Assembly (NCBI GenBank): GCA_963663165.1
Contig: OY760175.1
Coordinates: 4,640,001-4,704,000, forward strand
DNA: 64,000 bases
DNA from: an uncultured Desulfospira sp.
GTDB taxonomy: Bacteria > Desulfobacterota > Desulfobacteria > Desulfobacterales > Desulfobacteraceae
Direction: 5' to 3'
Shown: positions 63,242-64,000 of the stretch, in pieces
Layout: every line of letters starts with the position of its first letter
Numbering within the stretch: position 1 is the stretch's first letter
Position numbers and translations under genes: made by a program
The notes under the pieces: generated by a model
Database searches by the model: none
Seen by the model: the letters and a program-made list of their open reading frames with translations, nothing else
Told to the model about the DNA's origin: nothing

Positions 63242-64000
63242 TTAATTGGTGAAAAGGAGGATCACTTTCCGGGCATCCCGTACCGTGATGGTGCCGTCGC
63301 CGTCCAGGTCACAGGCCGGGCATGCGGAGGCATCCTGTCTTAAGTGGCTTCTGGCCACAGCAACGTCGGCCCGGTCCACATCACCGTCCCCGTCCAGATC
63401 GCCTTGAAGGGGCACGTCGATTTCAAATACGGCCACGGTGCCGCCCACTTCGCAGGCCATGAGCACCAGAGGTTTTCCTGTGGGGCTGTCTGCCGCCGGG
63501 ATGAAATCCAGACCCTCGGGGGCGGAGTCCAGAAAGGAGCCGTCAAAGGGCCGGGTGTTGATGTAGTTGACAAAAAAGGCGTTTGCAGGGTCTGTGATGT
63601 CGTAGGTCATCATGCCGCCGATACGTTCCAGGCCCACAAAGGCAAAGATTCTGCCGTTGATTTCACCCACTTCAATGCCTTCGGGTTCCGGGCCTTTTTT
63701 GGGGCTGCGCTTGTCCATTTTCTTGGTTTTGTAATGGTCGTTGTCAATATTAAAATAATCGGGCAGACGCTGGGCCGTAATCACCTCAAAGTCGTTGCCG
63801 CTGTCATAGACCTGGACCATGGTGTCTGCATCCCAGATGGAAAAGGAGCGTGCCCCGAAAAGATACACTTCGTCGGTATTGCCCATATCCCTGGCGCAAT
63901 TGAAAAAATAGACCTCATCCTGGGTTCCGCTGGGCACCTGGACATCGGTGGTGTAGAAAAAACCGGCTGCCTCGTCGCCTGTGAGGTACGGGACTATGGA
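63242..64000 (-). CDS. Choice-of-anchor I / alkaline-phosphatase-like beta-propeller with dockerin-like C-terminus (5' truncated)
   Basis: FGARSFSIWD, DKRSPKKGPEPEG, FVGLERIGG, APEGL; GDLDGDGDV...DLDGDGTI; frame open to the window edge. Confidence 0.82.
   Translation of the reverse strand, partial: SIVPYLTGDEAAGFFYTTDVQVPSGTQDEVYFFNCARDMGNTDEVYLFGARSFSIWDADTMVQVYDSGNDFEVITAQRLPDYFNIDNDHYKTKKMDKRSPKKGPEPEGIEVGEINGRIFAFVGLERIGGMMTYDITDPANAFFVNYINTRPFDGSFLDSAPEGLDFIPAADSPTGKPLVLMACEVGGTVAVFEIDVPLQGDLDGDGDVDRADVAVARSHLRQDASACPACDLDGDGTITVRDARKVILLFTN

Overview
Chromosomal core region of a bacterium whose protein sequences and gene content suggest a Desulfobacteraceae-like sulfate reducer (Desulfobacterota; inference). 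Left arm: 3' end of gyrA, radC-like JAB gene, pgk, a conserved hypothetical, then on the minus strand a LysM lytic transglycosylase, tRNA-Arg(CCT), a U32 protein, a cheA-cheW-cheB-cheR-HEAT/REC chemosensory cluster, PBP1A and a GNAT. Centre (18.6-48.6 kb, all plus strand): tRNA cluster, tuf, rpmG, tRNA-Trp, secE-nusG-rplKAJL-rpoBC, a str operon without fusA, a second near-identical tuf, and the S10/spc/alpha clusters. Right arm: hybrid kinase, two GGDEF proteins, AI-2E transporter, DHS-like protein, gmhA, TPR protein, selA, CheD-HDOD fusion, a putative sigma28-driven acidic protein, orphan ilvN-like gene, and the 3' end of a phosphatase-like gene with a dockerin-like tail. Most notable: (1) a ~99-aa parvulin/PpiC-like domain with degenerate catalytic residues inserted in frame into RNA polymerase beta'; (2) a structured repeat family that starts exactly at TAA stop codons of three unrelated genes; (3) oriented heptamer arrays in 5' leaders, plus an inverted pair bracketing tRNA-Arg; (4) a clean 119-bp MITE with 18-bp TIRs and a 10-bp target duplication; (5) an S7 protein with a replaced N-terminus. 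All calls come from reading the sequence; no database searches were run.
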